Positions 8,288 through 17,298 of a DNA stretch of 64,000 bases are shown in pieces. Origin of the DNA: Actinomycetes bacterium. Its GTDB lineage: Bacteria > Actinomycetota > Actinomycetes > S36-B12. Within the stretch, counting starts at the first letter, position 1. Every line of letters starts with the position of its first letter. Below the pieces are notes generated by a model. The model was not told where the DNA came from. It made no database searches and saw only the letters and a program-made list of their open reading frames with translations. The stretch spans positions 2,036,911 to 2,100,910 of the forward strand of contig OZ257127.1 in the NCBI GenBank assembly GCA_965278965.1, read 5' to 3'. A program made the translations under genes and the position numbers.

Positions 8288-9592
8288 CTAGGCGAGGTCG
8301 GGAGCAGGGACGGAGGAACCGGCGAGCTGAGCAGCGGAGCCGGCGGACCCGAAGGTCTCGACCAGCTCGATCTCGGCCTCGATCACGCCGGCAAGGCGGC
8401 GCACGCCTTCACGGATCCGGTCCGGCTCGGGGTAGCAGTACGACAGCCGCAGGTTCCGCCGCCCCTGACCGTCGACGTAGAAGCCGGTGCCGGGCACGTA
8501 CGCCACGAGACTCGCGATGGCGCGCGGCGCCATCGCCGTGGCATCCAGACCTGCCGGGAGTGTCAGCCAGCTGTAGAACCCGCCCGCCGGGATGGTCCAG
8601 GTCGTGCCCTCGGGCATCAGCGCCTGCAGCGACTCCAGCAGCGCGTCCCGCCGCTCGCGGTAGACCTCACGGAAGGTCTTGATCTGCTCACGCCATGGCT
8701 GCGTCGCCAGGTACTCCGACACCGTCAGCTGGGCGTAGTTCGACGGGCACAGCACTGCCGCCTCGGCCGCGAGGACGAGCTTCTCCCGGACGCCGTGCGG
8801 GGCCACCGCCCAGCCGACCCGCAGTCCGGACGCGATCGTCTTGGAGAACGAGCCGAGGTAGATCACGCCGTCGGCGTCGTCCGCGCGGATCGCGCGTGGC
8901 GGCTCGCCCTCGAACCCGAGGAGGCCGTAGGGGTCGTCCTCCAGGACGGCGATGCCGGCCGCCTGCGCGATCGCGAGGATCTCCCGCCGCCGGGCCGGAC
9001 CCTGGGTCACGCCGGCCGGGTTGTGGAAGCTGGGGATCGTGTAGATCAGCTTGATCCGCCGGCCGGATGCCCGGATGGCGGTGATCGCCTCACGCAGGGC
9101 GGTGGGCTCCAGGCCCTCGTCGTCCATCGCGACGTGCACGATGTCGCACTCGTACGCGCGGAACACGCCCAGCGCCCCGACGTACGACGGGGACTCCACG
9201 AGCACGACGTCGCCGGGATCGCAGAACACACGGGTCACGAGGTCGAGGGCCATCTGCGAGCCAGTCGTCACGACGATGTCGTCCGGGTGTGCGGAGATGC
9301 CCACCTCCCCGATGACCTCGAGGATCTGCTCGCGCAGGGTGACGTCGCCCTGGCCGGAGCCGTACTGCAGCGCCGTGGCCCCCCGCTCGCGCAGGAGCCG
9401 CTCCGCTGTCGCGGTCAGCATCTCGATCGGCAGGGCCTGGACGAACGGCATGCCCCCGGCGAGTGAGACGACCTCGGGCCGCGAGGCGACCGAGAAGAGA
9501 GCTCGGATCTCCGAGGCGCGCATGGCATGAGCGCGACTAGCGTAGGAATCCACCCACGGATCGAGTCGGGACCCGGTACGGGTTTCGCTCAT
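8288..9592 (-). CDS. PLP-dependent aminotransferase, class I/II (2-aminoadipate/ARO8-like)
   Basis: SFSKTIASGLRVGW (PLP lysine), NPAG, and LEDDPYG. The ATG at 9592 has GAGGTGA upstream (GTG 9601 is the alternative). Confidence 0.82.
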   Translation of the reverse strand: MSETRTGSRLDPWVDSYASRAHAMRASEIRALFSVASRPEVVSLAGGMPFVQALPIEMLTATAERLLRERGATALQYGSGQGDVTLREQILEVIGEVGISAHPDDIVVTTGSQMALDLVTRVFCDPGDVVLVESPSYVGALGVFRAYECDIVHVAMDDEGLEPTALREAITAIRASGRRIKLIYTIPSFHNPAGVTQGPARRREILAIAQAAGIAVLEDDPYGLLGFEGEPPRAIRADDADGVIYLGSFSKTIASGLRVGWAVAPHGVREKLVLAAEAAVLCPSNYAQLTVSEYLATQPWREQIKTFREVYRERRDALLESLQALMPEGTTWTIPAGGFYSWLTLPAGLDATAMAPRAIASLVAYVPGTGFYVDGQGRRNLRLSYCYPEPDRIREGVRRLAGVIEAEIELVETFGSAGSAAQLAGSSVPAPDLA

Positions 9593-9671
9593 GCATCTCA
9601 CCTCGCTCTCGAACGTCTCGCCAGCGCCCTGCCGGCCGTCCTAGGGTACGGGCTGGAACGAGGAGGTCTGG

Positions 9672-9761
9672 ATGCGGCGTGCGCTGATCCTGGGCGGACT
9701 CGTCGGCGTCGGCGTCGTCCTCGGGTTCGTCGCCCGGGCGGTCTGGCCCCGGCGCGGCTAG
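9672..9761 (+). CDS. Candidate 29-aa single-pass membrane peptide (not in the ORF track)
   Basis: GAGGAGG lies 5 nt upstream of the ATG. Hand translation gives MRRALILGGLVGVGVVLGFVARAVWPRRG followed by a stop. 26 of the 28 codons after the ATG end in G or C (GC3), as in the real genes here. It lies in an otherwise empty 183-bp spacer. Confidence 0.4.
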   Translation: MRRALILGGLVGVGVVLGFVARAVWPRRG

Positions 9762-9784
9762 CTCTCCGTGTCGCTGAAGGCGTC

Positions 9785-10846
9785 CTACATCCGTCGTGGC
9801 GCGTCCGGCGCGCAGAAGCCGGTGACGGCTGCAGCCAGTCCCTCGGCGACCGCATCGTGGAAGTCCGGGCTCGACAGCCGACTCGCATCGGCCGGGTTCG
9901 AGTCGTAGCCGAGGACGACCCGGACGGCCGGCATGCGCGTCATCCGCAGGAGGTCCCACGTACGCGGGTGCACGCGGCAGTCCAGCAGGTCGGTCCGTCC
10001 GTGGACCTCCTCATGCACACGCTCGGCCAGGAGCATGCCGCTCGGGGAGTGGGTGCCGCCTCGTGGGTCACCGAAGTAGAACGTCGCCAGCCCGTTGGGC
10101 AGCGGGCTCGGCGCGCTGTCGACCACGACGGACAGCACGAGGTGCGCGCCGATGTCGTTGGCCAGCGTGGCGTTCACGGCGTCGTCGGTCGCGCCGGCAC
10201 GCGGACCACGCGTCAGGACAACCTGCGTCCCGAGGGCGGCGAGCCGGCCCTCGAGCCGGACCGCGACGGAGTGGCTGACCTCGGCCGCGACAGCGGGGCC
10301 AGGGTCGATCACGATCACCTTGTCGGCCACCCCGGTCTGCAGCTCGGTGACCGTGACGTGCTCGCGCAGTGAGGTCGCGCTCCCGCCGGAGACGGTGCGC
10401 ACGAGGCGGTCGAACGCCCGGAACGAATCCGGCCCGCAGGTCCCGTCGGCAGTCACGCCGACGCCCTTCTGGAACTCCCGGAGCGCGGCGTCGGTCTGGC
10501 GACCGAACACCCCGTCGATCCGGCCGGACGCGAAGCCGAGAGTCGTCAGGCGCCGCTGGAGCTCGACGACGTCGTCACCGGACATGAGGTGGCCCGGGAC
10601 GAAGGACAGCACACGGTCACCGAGCTGCCAGCGTGCCTCCTCCAGTCGGCGGAAGGTGCTGGGCCCGACGATGCCGTCGACGGTGATGCCCCGCTCCTGC
10701 TGGAACGCCCGGACCGCCCGGTCCAGGTCGCCGTCGAAGGCCCCCTCGTCCCGGTCGCCGGCGGTGTCGAGCAGGCCCAGCTGACCCAGCCGGGAGCGGA
10801 CCTCGGCGACGGCGGCACCGTGGTCGCCTAGTCGCAGTCCGGTCAC
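9785..10846 (-). CDS. cwlM: CwlM-like N-acetylmuramoyl-L-alanine amidase family protein (two PG-binding repeats plus an Amidase_3 domain)
   Basis: PG-binding repeats around GDHGAAVAEVRSRLGQLGLL and GDDVVELQRRLTTLGFASG, then an amidase domain (KVIVIDPGP...). The start is uncertain: the long ORF to 11098 overlaps trxA, so the GTG at 10846 is used. It shares synteny with the trxAB-sigM block. Confidence 0.8.
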   Translation of the reverse strand: MTGLRLGDHGAAVAEVRSRLGQLGLLDTAGDRDEGAFDGDLDRAVRAFQQERGITVDGIVGPSTFRRLEEARWQLGDRVLSFVPGHLMSGDDVVELQRRLTTLGFASGRIDGVFGRQTDAALREFQKGVGVTADGTCGPDSFRAFDRLVRTVSGGSATSLREHVTVTELQTGVADKVIVIDPGPAVAAEVSHSVAVRLEGRLAALGTQVVLTRGPRAGATDDAVNATLANDIGAHLVLSVVVDSAPSPLPNGLATFYFGDPRGGTHSPSGMLLAERVHEEVHGRTDLLDCRVHPRTWDLLRMTRMPAVRVVLGYDSNPADASRLSSPDFHDAVAEGLAAAVTGFCAPDAPRRM

Positions 10847-10866
10847 GGCGGTGGCGGTGACTGGAC

Positions 10867-11187
10867 TTACAGGTAGGGCGCGAGGTCGGCGAGGAGCGCA
10901 GCCTTCGGCTTGGCGCCGATGATCGTCTTCACGATCTCGCCGCCGGAGTAGACGTTCATCGTCGGGATGGAGGTGATGCCGTAGGACGCGGCGGTCTGCG
11001 GGTTCTCGTCGACGTTGAGCTTCACGACGACGATGCCGTCGTTGTCGCGGGCGATCTCCTCGAGGATCGGCGCGACCATCTTGCACGGGCCGCACCACTC
11101 CGCCCAGAAGTCGACGACGACCGGCTTGTCGCTGGCCAGGACCTCGGTGGCGAACGTGGCGTCCGTGACCGGCTTGGTTGCACCCAT
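10867..11187 (-). CDS. trxA: Thioredoxin
   Basis: WAEWCGPCK active site. 106 aa, with GGAGG upstream. Confidence 0.95.
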   Translation of the reverse strand: MGATKPVTDATFATEVLASDKPVVVDFWAEWCGPCKMVAPILEEIARDNDGIVVVKLNVDENPQTAASYGITSIPTMNVYSGGEIVKTIIGAKPKAALLADLAPYL

Positions 11188-11262
11188 GATTCCTCCAGGT
11201 CGAACGTTCGGTTGCTGATCGGATCTCGGAGCCGACGGCGGACCGCCAGGCTAGCTCTAGAC

Positions 11263-12186
11263 CTACTGGGCGAGGTAGCGCTCGGCGTCGAGCGCGGCGG
11301 CGCAGCCCGAGCCGGCGGCGGTGATCGCCTGGCGGTAGGTGTGGTCGACGAGGTCGCCGCAGGCGAACACGCCGGGAAGGTTCGTGGCGGTGGAGCGGCC
11401 CTGGACCAGGACGTAGCCCTCGTCGTCGAGGTCGATCTGCCCGCGGACGAGCTCAGAGCGCGGGTCGTGGCCGATGGCGACGAACACGCCGGTGACGGGC
11501 AGCTCCCGCGCGGCGCCGGTCTCGGTGTCCTTCAGGACCAGGCCGGAGACCTTGGCGTCGCCGAGGACGTCTTCCACGACGGCGTTCCACGCGAACGACA
11601 GCTTCGGGTCGGCCTGGGCGCGCTCGGCCATGATCTTGCTGGCGCGCAGCTCGTCGCGGCGGTGCACGAGGGTCACCGAACGGGCGAACCGGGTCAGGAA
11701 GGTGGCCTCCTCCACGGCGGAGTCACCGCCGCCGACGACGGCGATGTCCTGGTCGCGGAAGAAGAACCCGTCGCAGGTCGCGCACCACGAGACGCCGTGA
11801 CCGGACAGCCGCTTCTCGTTGTCCAGGCCCAGCTCGCGGTAGGCCGAGCCCATCGCGAGGATGACGGTGCGGGCCTCGTGCGTGGTCCCGTTGCCGTCGA
11901 CGACGCGCTTGATGTCGCCGGTCAGGTCCACGCTCGTGACGTCGTCGGTGACGATCTGGGCACCGAACCGCACGGCCTGAGCCCGCATCTGCTCCATGAG
12001 TTGCGGGCCCATGATGCCGTCGGTGAAACCCGGGAAGTTCTCGACCTCGGTCGTGTTCATGAGGGCGCCGCCGGCCGTGACCGACCCCTCGAACAGCAAC
12101 GGGGCCAGCTGGGCGCGGGCGGCATAGACCGCCGCCGTGTACCCGGCCGGGCCGGACCCGATGATGATGACCTCGCGCGGGCTCAC
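11263..12186 (-). CDS. trxB: Thioredoxin-disulfide reductase
   Basis: [13 protein letters not shown] motif, CATCDG redox centre and [15 protein letters not shown] motif. Confidence 0.95.
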   Translation of the reverse strand: MSPREVIIIGSGPAGYTAAVYAARAQLAPLLFEGSVTAGGALMNTTEVENFPGFTDGIMGPQLMEQMRAQAVRFGAQIVTDDVTSVDLTGDIKRVVDGNGTTHEARTVILAMGSAYRELGLDNEKRLSGHGVSWCATCDGFFFRDQDIAVVGGGDSAVEEATFLTRFARSVTLVHRRDELRASKIMAERAQADPKLSFAWNAVVEDVLGDAKVSGLVLKDTETGAARELPVTGVFVAIGHDPRSELVRGQIDLDDEGYVLVQGRSTATNLPGVFACGDLVDHTYRQAITAAGSGCAAALDAERYLAQ

Positions 12187-12234
12187 GTAGAACCTCTCGT
12201 CGTACCGGTGACGTCAGGAGACGCCGTGGAGCGC

Positions 12235-12260
12235 AACGATCCTACGGGTCGGCGCATTCC
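12235..12260 (-). promoter_or_regulatory. SigR/SigH-type ECF promoter upstream of trxB-trxA
   Basis: The minus strand reads GGAAT-N18-GTT (GGAAT is the complement of 12256-12260, GTT of 12235-12237). This matches the Streptomyces SigR / mycobacterial SigH consensus known to drive trxBA. It lies about 50 nt upstream of the trxB GTG. Confidence 0.55.
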
Positions 12261-12293
12261 CGGACGCCGGCCGTCGAAGGCTGGTGCTGTGCC

Positions 12294-13262
12294 CTACTGG
12301 GCCCAGTCGTAGAGGGCGAAGTCGTCCAGGCTCGCGGCGACCTGCTCGCACTGCGGGTCGACGACCCAGACGTCGAACATCCCGACGGGCGTGTCGATCG
12401 AGGCGCTCGGCGACGGCGGAGCCTGGTCGGAGGGCGTCGGCAGCGCCGACATCCCGATGTCGTCAACGAGGACGGCCGGGGCCACGACGACGCCCGCCTC
12501 GACACCGGAGTACGTGCCGCGGTCCACGACGAGAGCCTGGGCCTGCTCGGAGTGGGTCAGCCACGTGATGCAGTCCCGCAGGCGGTCCCACGAGGCGGTG
12601 AACCCGTCATCGACCGGCATCGCCGGCGGCGGCATCTGCTTGGTCACCGCATCACGCAGCGTGGAGAAGCCGGCCTGCTTGACCAGGGAGACGACCTGCC
12701 CGGGAAGGGCGCCGGGCTGGTAGTCCGTACGCGAGTCCAGCACGGCGCGGGCCGCCGGGACGACGTCGGCCGCGGTCGTGTCGAACGGGGCGCCAGAACT
12801 CGTGTCGGCAGCCTCGGGTGCCAGCGTCGAGGCGGGCACGGCCGCGTCGGCCGCGGCGAAGGCGGACGCGGAGGGAGCGGACATCTTCGCGACCGCGCCG
12901 GCTGCGTTCTCGGCACCGGCGTCGGCGACGACCGCGCCGCCTCCGGAGCGCAGGACGGTGGCGGCGATGCCGACGGCCACGACGGCCACGCCCGCGGCGA
13001 CCAGGCCGCCGGCCCAGCGGGCCGTGCGCGAACCCCGGCCGGCCACGACGGGCGCCTCGGCGCGCAGCGCGGCCTGGAGTCGGGCCCAGGTCTCCTCGGG
13101 CATGGGCGGGTCATCGCCGCCCGGGCCGCCCAGGGGGGCGTCGTCGGGGCGAAGGTAGGTGAGCCCGGCCAGCTGTGCCTCGACGAATGCCAGGTCGTCG
13201 GGATCGACGTCGGACGGGTCGTCGGGGTCGGGCACCGCGCTCAACGGCGGCAGGTCAGCCAT
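12294..13262 (-). CDS. Membrane-anchored anti-sigma factor (anti-SigM-like)
   Basis: Acidic N-terminus, one TM segment (WAGGLVAAGVAVVAVGIAATVL) and an Ala-rich extracytoplasmic part. The start (ATG 13262 or GTG 13274) overlaps the sigma gene stop at 13255-13257. Confidence 0.7.
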   Translation of the reverse strand: MADLPPLSAVPDPDDPSDVDPDDLAFVEAQLAGLTYLRPDDAPLGGPGGDDPPMPEETWARLQAALRAEAPVVAGRGSRTARWAGGLVAAGVAVVAVGIAATVLRSGGGAVVADAGAENAAGAVAKMSAPSASAFAAADAAVPASTLAPEAADTSSGAPFDTTAADVVPAARAVLDSRTDYQPGALPGQVVSLVKQAGFSTLRDAVTKQMPPPAMPVDDGFTASWDRLRDCITWLTHSEQAQALVVDRGTYSGVEAGVVVAPAVLVDDIGMSALPTPSDQAPPSPSASIDTPVGMFDVWVVDPQCEQVAASLDDFALYDWAQ

Positions 13263-13863
13263 GGGACGAATCACCTCCTTCCGGCGATACGACGGGGTCG
13301 GGGTCGGGCTGGTTCCGCAGGAAGGCCAGCCGCTTGGCGAGCTTGGCCCGTCCGCGGAAGCATCGGCTCTTCACGGTGCCGGCCGGGCACCCCAGCATCG
13401 ACGCCGCTTCCTCGACCGACCAGCCCTCGACGTCCACGAGGACGACGGCCGCCCGCTGCTCCTCCGGCAGCTCGGCGAGGGCCTGCGCGACGACGAGCTG
13501 GGTCTCTCGCCGGTCGAGGTGGTCGGTGGGGTCGGCGACGACGCGACCGGGGAGGGACTCGTCATCGTCGGGGAGGGTCACGGCGGGCCGGGCCTTTCGG
13601 CGGCGTAGTCGGTCCAGGCTCGCGTTCACGACGACGCGGTGCAGCCAGGTGGTCACCGCGGACTCCCCGCGGAACTGACCCGCGCGCCGGTAGGCGGAGA
13701 TGAGGGCGTCCTGGAGGGCGTCCGAGGCCTCCTCCGGGTCGCCGGTCGTGCGCAGCGCGACCGCCCAGAGCCGGTCGCGGTGGCGGCGCACGAGCGTCTC
13801 GAACGCGGCCGGGTCGCCGGCGACGTGCGCTGCCAGCAGCTCGGCGTCGCTCGGGTCGGTCAC
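13255..13863 (-). CDS. sigM: ECF RNA polymerase sigma factor (SigM-like by synteny)
   Basis: Region 2 (RHRDRLWAVALRTTGDPEEASDALQDALISAYR, TWLHRVVVNASLDRLRRR) and region 4 (LPEEQRAAVVLVDVEGWSVEEAASMLGCPAGTVKSRCFRGRAKL). The GTG at 13863 was chosen within ORF 13255..14160. Confidence 0.88.
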   Translation of the reverse strand: MTDPSDAELLAAHVAGDPAAFETLVRRHRDRLWAVALRTTGDPEEASDALQDALISAYRRAGQFRGESAVTTWLHRVVVNASLDRLRRRKARPAVTLPDDDESLPGRVVADPTDHLDRRETQLVVAQALAELPEEQRAAVVLVDVEGWSVEEAASMLGCPAGTVKSRCFRGRAKLAKRLAFLRNQPDPDPVVSPEGGDSSHG

Positions 13864-13933
13864 GGCGCCGAGCCTAGGCGTCACCCGTGGACGGCCCGGT
13901 CCCGGACGCGCGGGCCGGGCGCGGACGGGCTCG

Positions 13934-15454
13934 CTAGCCCGAGACGACGGCGCTTCGGACGCCGCCCTGGTAGACCCCGGCACCGGAGGACTCCGCGGGC
14001 GGGACCTGCGTGAACCAGACGAGGACGTAGCGGCCGGTGACGGGGCGGGGGGCACGGACGTCGATGCGGTCGCGGGTGGCGAAGCCCGACGCGAGCTCGG
14101 TCCACAACGCCGGGTCGGGAAGCACCCGGTCGGCCACCCGGACGTCCAGCCCACTGCCACGCCCGACGAGGTTCAGCGAGACCTGCTGGATGTCCTGCGG
14201 CTCCCCGAGGTCGAGGACCAGTCCCGTCCCGCCCTTGCCGTCCAGGTCCGCGGTCGCGTACTGCGACGTGAGCCATGCGGTGTCCGGGTCGTCGTCGTTG
14301 ACGGTGACGGCGAGCTCCTCGTTCTCGCGGCCCTTGCGCTTGTCGGGTCGGCCGTTGCCGTCGTCGTCGCCGAACGGGTCGTACGAGCGGAACCGGCTGA
14401 TCGGGTACGTGCGCTCGATCCCGGAGCCGGCGAGCTCGTCGACCGGCCGGGCCGGGCTTGTCAGCATGGGGTCCAGCGCCGTCGATGTCGGACCGGCGGC
14501 GATCGGCTCACCGCCGGTGACCATGCCCCAGCCGGCCCGGGCGAGGCCGCCGACCAGAACCAGGGCGACGACCAGCACCAGGGCCCGCAGCCCCCAGCGA
14601 CCGGCCGTTGCCAACCGGGTCGGCGGTGCCACTGGCCGCAGCGTCGTCGTCGAGACCGGGGCGAGGTGGTCCAGGGCCGCACCGACCATCGTCGCGAAGG
14701 CGGCCGCATCGGGCACGCGGGCGACCCCGCGCGGCCGGGCAGCGGATTCCACGGAGCGAGCGACGACGTCGTCGACCCCGCGGGGCACGGCGGCACGCAC
14801 CTGCGAGGGCGGGAGCACGATCTCGCCCTTGCGGGGTGCCGGGGGTGCGGCCACCGCGGCCTCGCCGGGCCAGTAGCCGGTGGTCAGCAGGTAGGTCAGC
14901 GAGCCCAGCGCGTCGACGTCGCCGGAGCGCCCGGGCAGGTTCGGGGACGGGCCGAAGAGCGCGGCGTCGACCGCCAGGCCGCGGATCCGGACCTCGCCCG
15001 CGTCGGTGATGAACACGCTCGAGGGCCGCAGCCGGCCGTGCTCGACGTTGTCGGCCAGCCCGGCGGCGATCGCGCGCGCGACGTCCGCGACGAGGGCGAG
15101 GGCGTCGGCAGCGCCGAGCGGGGTGCCGTTGCGGTCGGTGAGCGTCCCCTCCAGGTTCCGTCCGCTCGCCCACTCGGACACGACCGCGACGCGCGAGGGG
15201 TCCGTCGCGTTGGCGGGGAGGTCGAGGATGTCCAGCACGCGCAGCAGGCGGCGATCGTCGACGCGGGCAGCGGCCTGCGCAGCGCCGAGGACGGCGGGGC
15301 AGCGCGGGTCGTCGACGGGCATCACCCGGATCGCCACCGGCCGGTCGAGGATCTGGTCGTACGCATGCCACAGCAGGACCTCGCCGTGGTCGCTGGCGTC
15401 CGCGGCGACGAGGTCCAGCAGGCGGTATCGGCCGAGCTGCTCGGTCGACCTCAT
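13934..15454 (-). CDS. Membrane pseudokinase with an extracellular carbohydrate-binding-like domain (equivalent to the C-terminal part of M. tuberculosis MviN/Rv3910)
   Basis: Kinase-like fold with degenerate catalytic motifs: VAIRV instead of VAIK, HGRLRPSS instead of HRDLKPxN, and RGLA instead of DFG. One TM (LRALVLVVALVLVGGLA) and a C-terminal beta-rich domain. The ATG at 15454 overlaps the murJ stop (ATGA). Confidence 0.8.
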   Translation of the reverse strand: MRSTEQLGRYRLLDLVAADASDHGEVLLWHAYDQILDRPVAIRVMPVDDPRCPAVLGAAQAAARVDDRRLLRVLDILDLPANATDPSRVAVVSEWASGRNLEGTLTDRNGTPLGAADALALVADVARAIAAGLADNVEHGRLRPSSVFITDAGEVRIRGLAVDAALFGPSPNLPGRSGDVDALGSLTYLLTTGYWPGEAAVAAPPAPRKGEIVLPPSQVRAAVPRGVDDVVARSVESAARPRGVARVPDAAAFATMVGAALDHLAPVSTTTLRPVAPPTRLATAGRWGLRALVLVVALVLVGGLARAGWGMVTGGEPIAAGPTSTALDPMLTSPARPVDELAGSGIERTYPISRFRSYDPFGDDDGNGRPDKRKGRENEELAVTVNDDDPDTAWLTSQYATADLDGKGGTGLVLDLGEPQDIQQVSLNLVGRGSGLDVRVADRVLPDPALWTELASGFATRDRIDVRAPRPVTGRYVLVWFTQVPPAESSGAGVYQGGVRSAVVSG

Positions 15455-17298
15455 GCCGTGCTCCTTCGTCCTCGCAGCCGGCGGGTGCCGCGGCCCATCA
15501 GCGAGAGTACGTCGGCGGTCTCCTCGATCCGCAGAACCCAGGCCGCGCCGGCGAAGACAAGGATCCCCAGCACGGACGTCGCGGCGACGTTCACGGCCAG
15601 CATTACGTGGCTGAGCTGCTCGACGCCGAGACCCTCGAGCCCGAGCAGGCCCCGCAGCAGCGCGTACATCGCGCCGACGGCGAGCAGCCCGGCGACCATC
15701 AGCCGGGCGAGCGTCCAGGCTGTTCGTCTGGACTCCAGGGATCCCAGTCGGCGGGCCAGGATCCACCACGTGATGCCGAAGCCGATCCAGTACGACAGCG
15801 AGTACGCGAGTGCGAGCGACGCGACCTGCGCGCCACCGTCGCGGGCGGCGTTGAACAGCGGGTACGCGAAGCCGAGCAGGAGCACGCTGAACACGACGGT
15901 CAGCCAGAACGGCGTTCGGGTGTCCTCCAACGCGTAGTACCCGCGCAGCAGCACGTAGAAGAGCGTGAACGGCAGCAGTCCCAGCATGAACACGGACACG
16001 ATCAGACCCATGAGGCCGGCCTGGGCGGAGGTCGCCGCGCCGTAGCCGAACAACAGGATCGAGACCGGTGCTCCGTTGATGATGAGGATCGCGGCGACCG
16101 GGACGATCAGCGCCGCGACGATGCGCATGGTCCTCGCGACGTCGGCACCGACGCGACGTAGGTCACCGGAGTGCGCGACGCGGCTCAACGCCGGCAGCAT
16201 GGCCGTCACGATCGAGACCGTGATGACCGAGTGCGGGAGCATGAAGACCAGGTGCGCCTTCTGGTACGTGGTCAGTCCGGCCGCCACGGCGTCGGCTCCG
16301 CTGGCGTTGACGTTCGCCTGTGTTGCCAGGCGCGTGATGAAGATGTAGGCGATCTGGTTGACCAGGACCAGGCCGATCGTCCACAGCGCGAGCGACCCGG
16401 CCCGGCCGAGGCCGGCACCGCGCCAGTCGAACCGCGGGCGCCAGGCGTAGCCGCTGCGCCACAGCACCGGCAGGAGGATCACGGCCTGGGAGACGACGCC
16501 GAGGGTCGTGCCGATGCCGAGGATCAGAACCTGCTGGGTCGTGAGCTCCCCGTCCGCCGCGGCGGTCGTCCCGGCGACGGCGATGAACAGGACGAAGGTC
16601 GCGATCGCGACGACGTTGTTGGCGATCGGCGCGAACATCGGTGCGCCGAAGCGGCCGCGGGCGTTCAGGACCTGGCTCAGCATCGCGTAGAGGCCGTAGA
16701 ACAGGATCTGCGGCAGGCACAGCCGTGCGAACGCGACCGCGAGGTCGTACTCGTTCTGCGGGTAGTTGTCGGGCGTGTAGAGATCGACGATCCACGGCGC
16801 GGCCACGACGGCGACGACCGAGAGAACCAGCAGCGAACCCGTCACGAGCGTCAGCAGGCGGTCGGCGTACGCCTTGCCGCCGTCCTCGTCGGTGGCCATC
16901 CGGCGGACGAGCTGGGGGATGAAGACGGCGTTGAGCGCTCCGCCGATGACGAGGATGTAGACGATCGTCGGCAGGGAGTTGCCGAGCGAGAACGCGTCTG
17001 CCACCAGGAAGAAGCCGAGTGCAGCAGCCGCCGCGACATCACGCAGGACACCGGTGACGCGGGAGACGATCGTGCCGGCCGCCATCACGGCGCTGCTGCG
17101 GGCCACGGCCGTGCCGGCCGCGCTCGGCGGGCTCGCCGCGAGGTCGCCGGGCTGCTCCTCGGCCGCGACCAGCGCCTCCCCCATGTCGACGCTGGCCGGC
17201 CCGTCGAGAGCGTCGTCGAGCCCGTCTCCCACCGGGTCAGCCGGGCGTGCCGGGTCCGCCGGGTCCGGCACGGGGCGTCCGGTGAGGTCGCCGCTCAC
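15451..17298 (-). CDS. murJ: Lipid II flippase MurJ (MviN)
   Basis: Polytopic MOP-family protein (SRVTGVLRDVAAAAALG, NAVFIPQLV, RFGAPMFAPIANN). The GTG at 17298 overlaps the stop of the upstream gene (GTGA). Confidence 0.88.
   Translation of the reverse strand: MSGDLTGRPVPDPADPARPADPVGDGLDDALDGPASVDMGEALVAAEEQPGDLAASPPSAAGTAVARSSAVMAAGTIVSRVTGVLRDVAAAAALGFFLVADAFSLGNSLPTIVYILVIGGALNAVFIPQLVRRMATDEDGGKAYADRLLTLVTGSLLVLSVVAVVAAPWIVDLYTPDNYPQNEYDLAVAFARLCLPQILFYGLYAMLSQVLNARGRFGAPMFAPIANNVVAIATFVLFIAVAGTTAAADGELTTQQVLILGIGTTLGVVSQAVILLPVLWRSGYAWRPRFDWRGAGLGRAGSLALWTIGLVLVNQIAYIFITRLATQANVNASGADAVAAGLTTYQKAHLVFMLPHSVITVSIVTAMLPALSRVAHSGDLRRVGADVARTMRIVAALIVPVAAILIINGAPVSILLFGYGAATSAQAGLMGLIVSVFMLGLLPFTLFYVLLRGYYALEDTRTPFWLTVVFSVLLLGFAYPLFNAARDGGAQVASLALAYSLSYWIGFGITWWILARRLGSLESRRTAWTLARLMVAGLLAVGAMYALLRGLLGLEGLGVEQLSHVMLAVNVAATSVLGILVFAGAAWVLRIEETADVLSLMGRGTRRLRGRRSTA

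Noticed and set aside
7531-9466. Plus-strand ORFs 7531..8682 (383 aa) and 7778..9466 (562 aa)
   Set aside because: They are antisense to the Ddl-family and aminotransferase genes, which have clear catalytic motifs. The composition is that of shadow ORFs.
13700-15937. 745-aa plus-strand ORF, the longest in this part of the track
   Set aside because: It is antisense to the pseudokinase and murJ genes. The translation is Arg/Ala/Gly/Pro/Ser-rich low complexity with no recognisable motif. It is a typical shadow ORF of a high-GC genome, while the minus-strand frames carry clear kinase-like and MurJ features.
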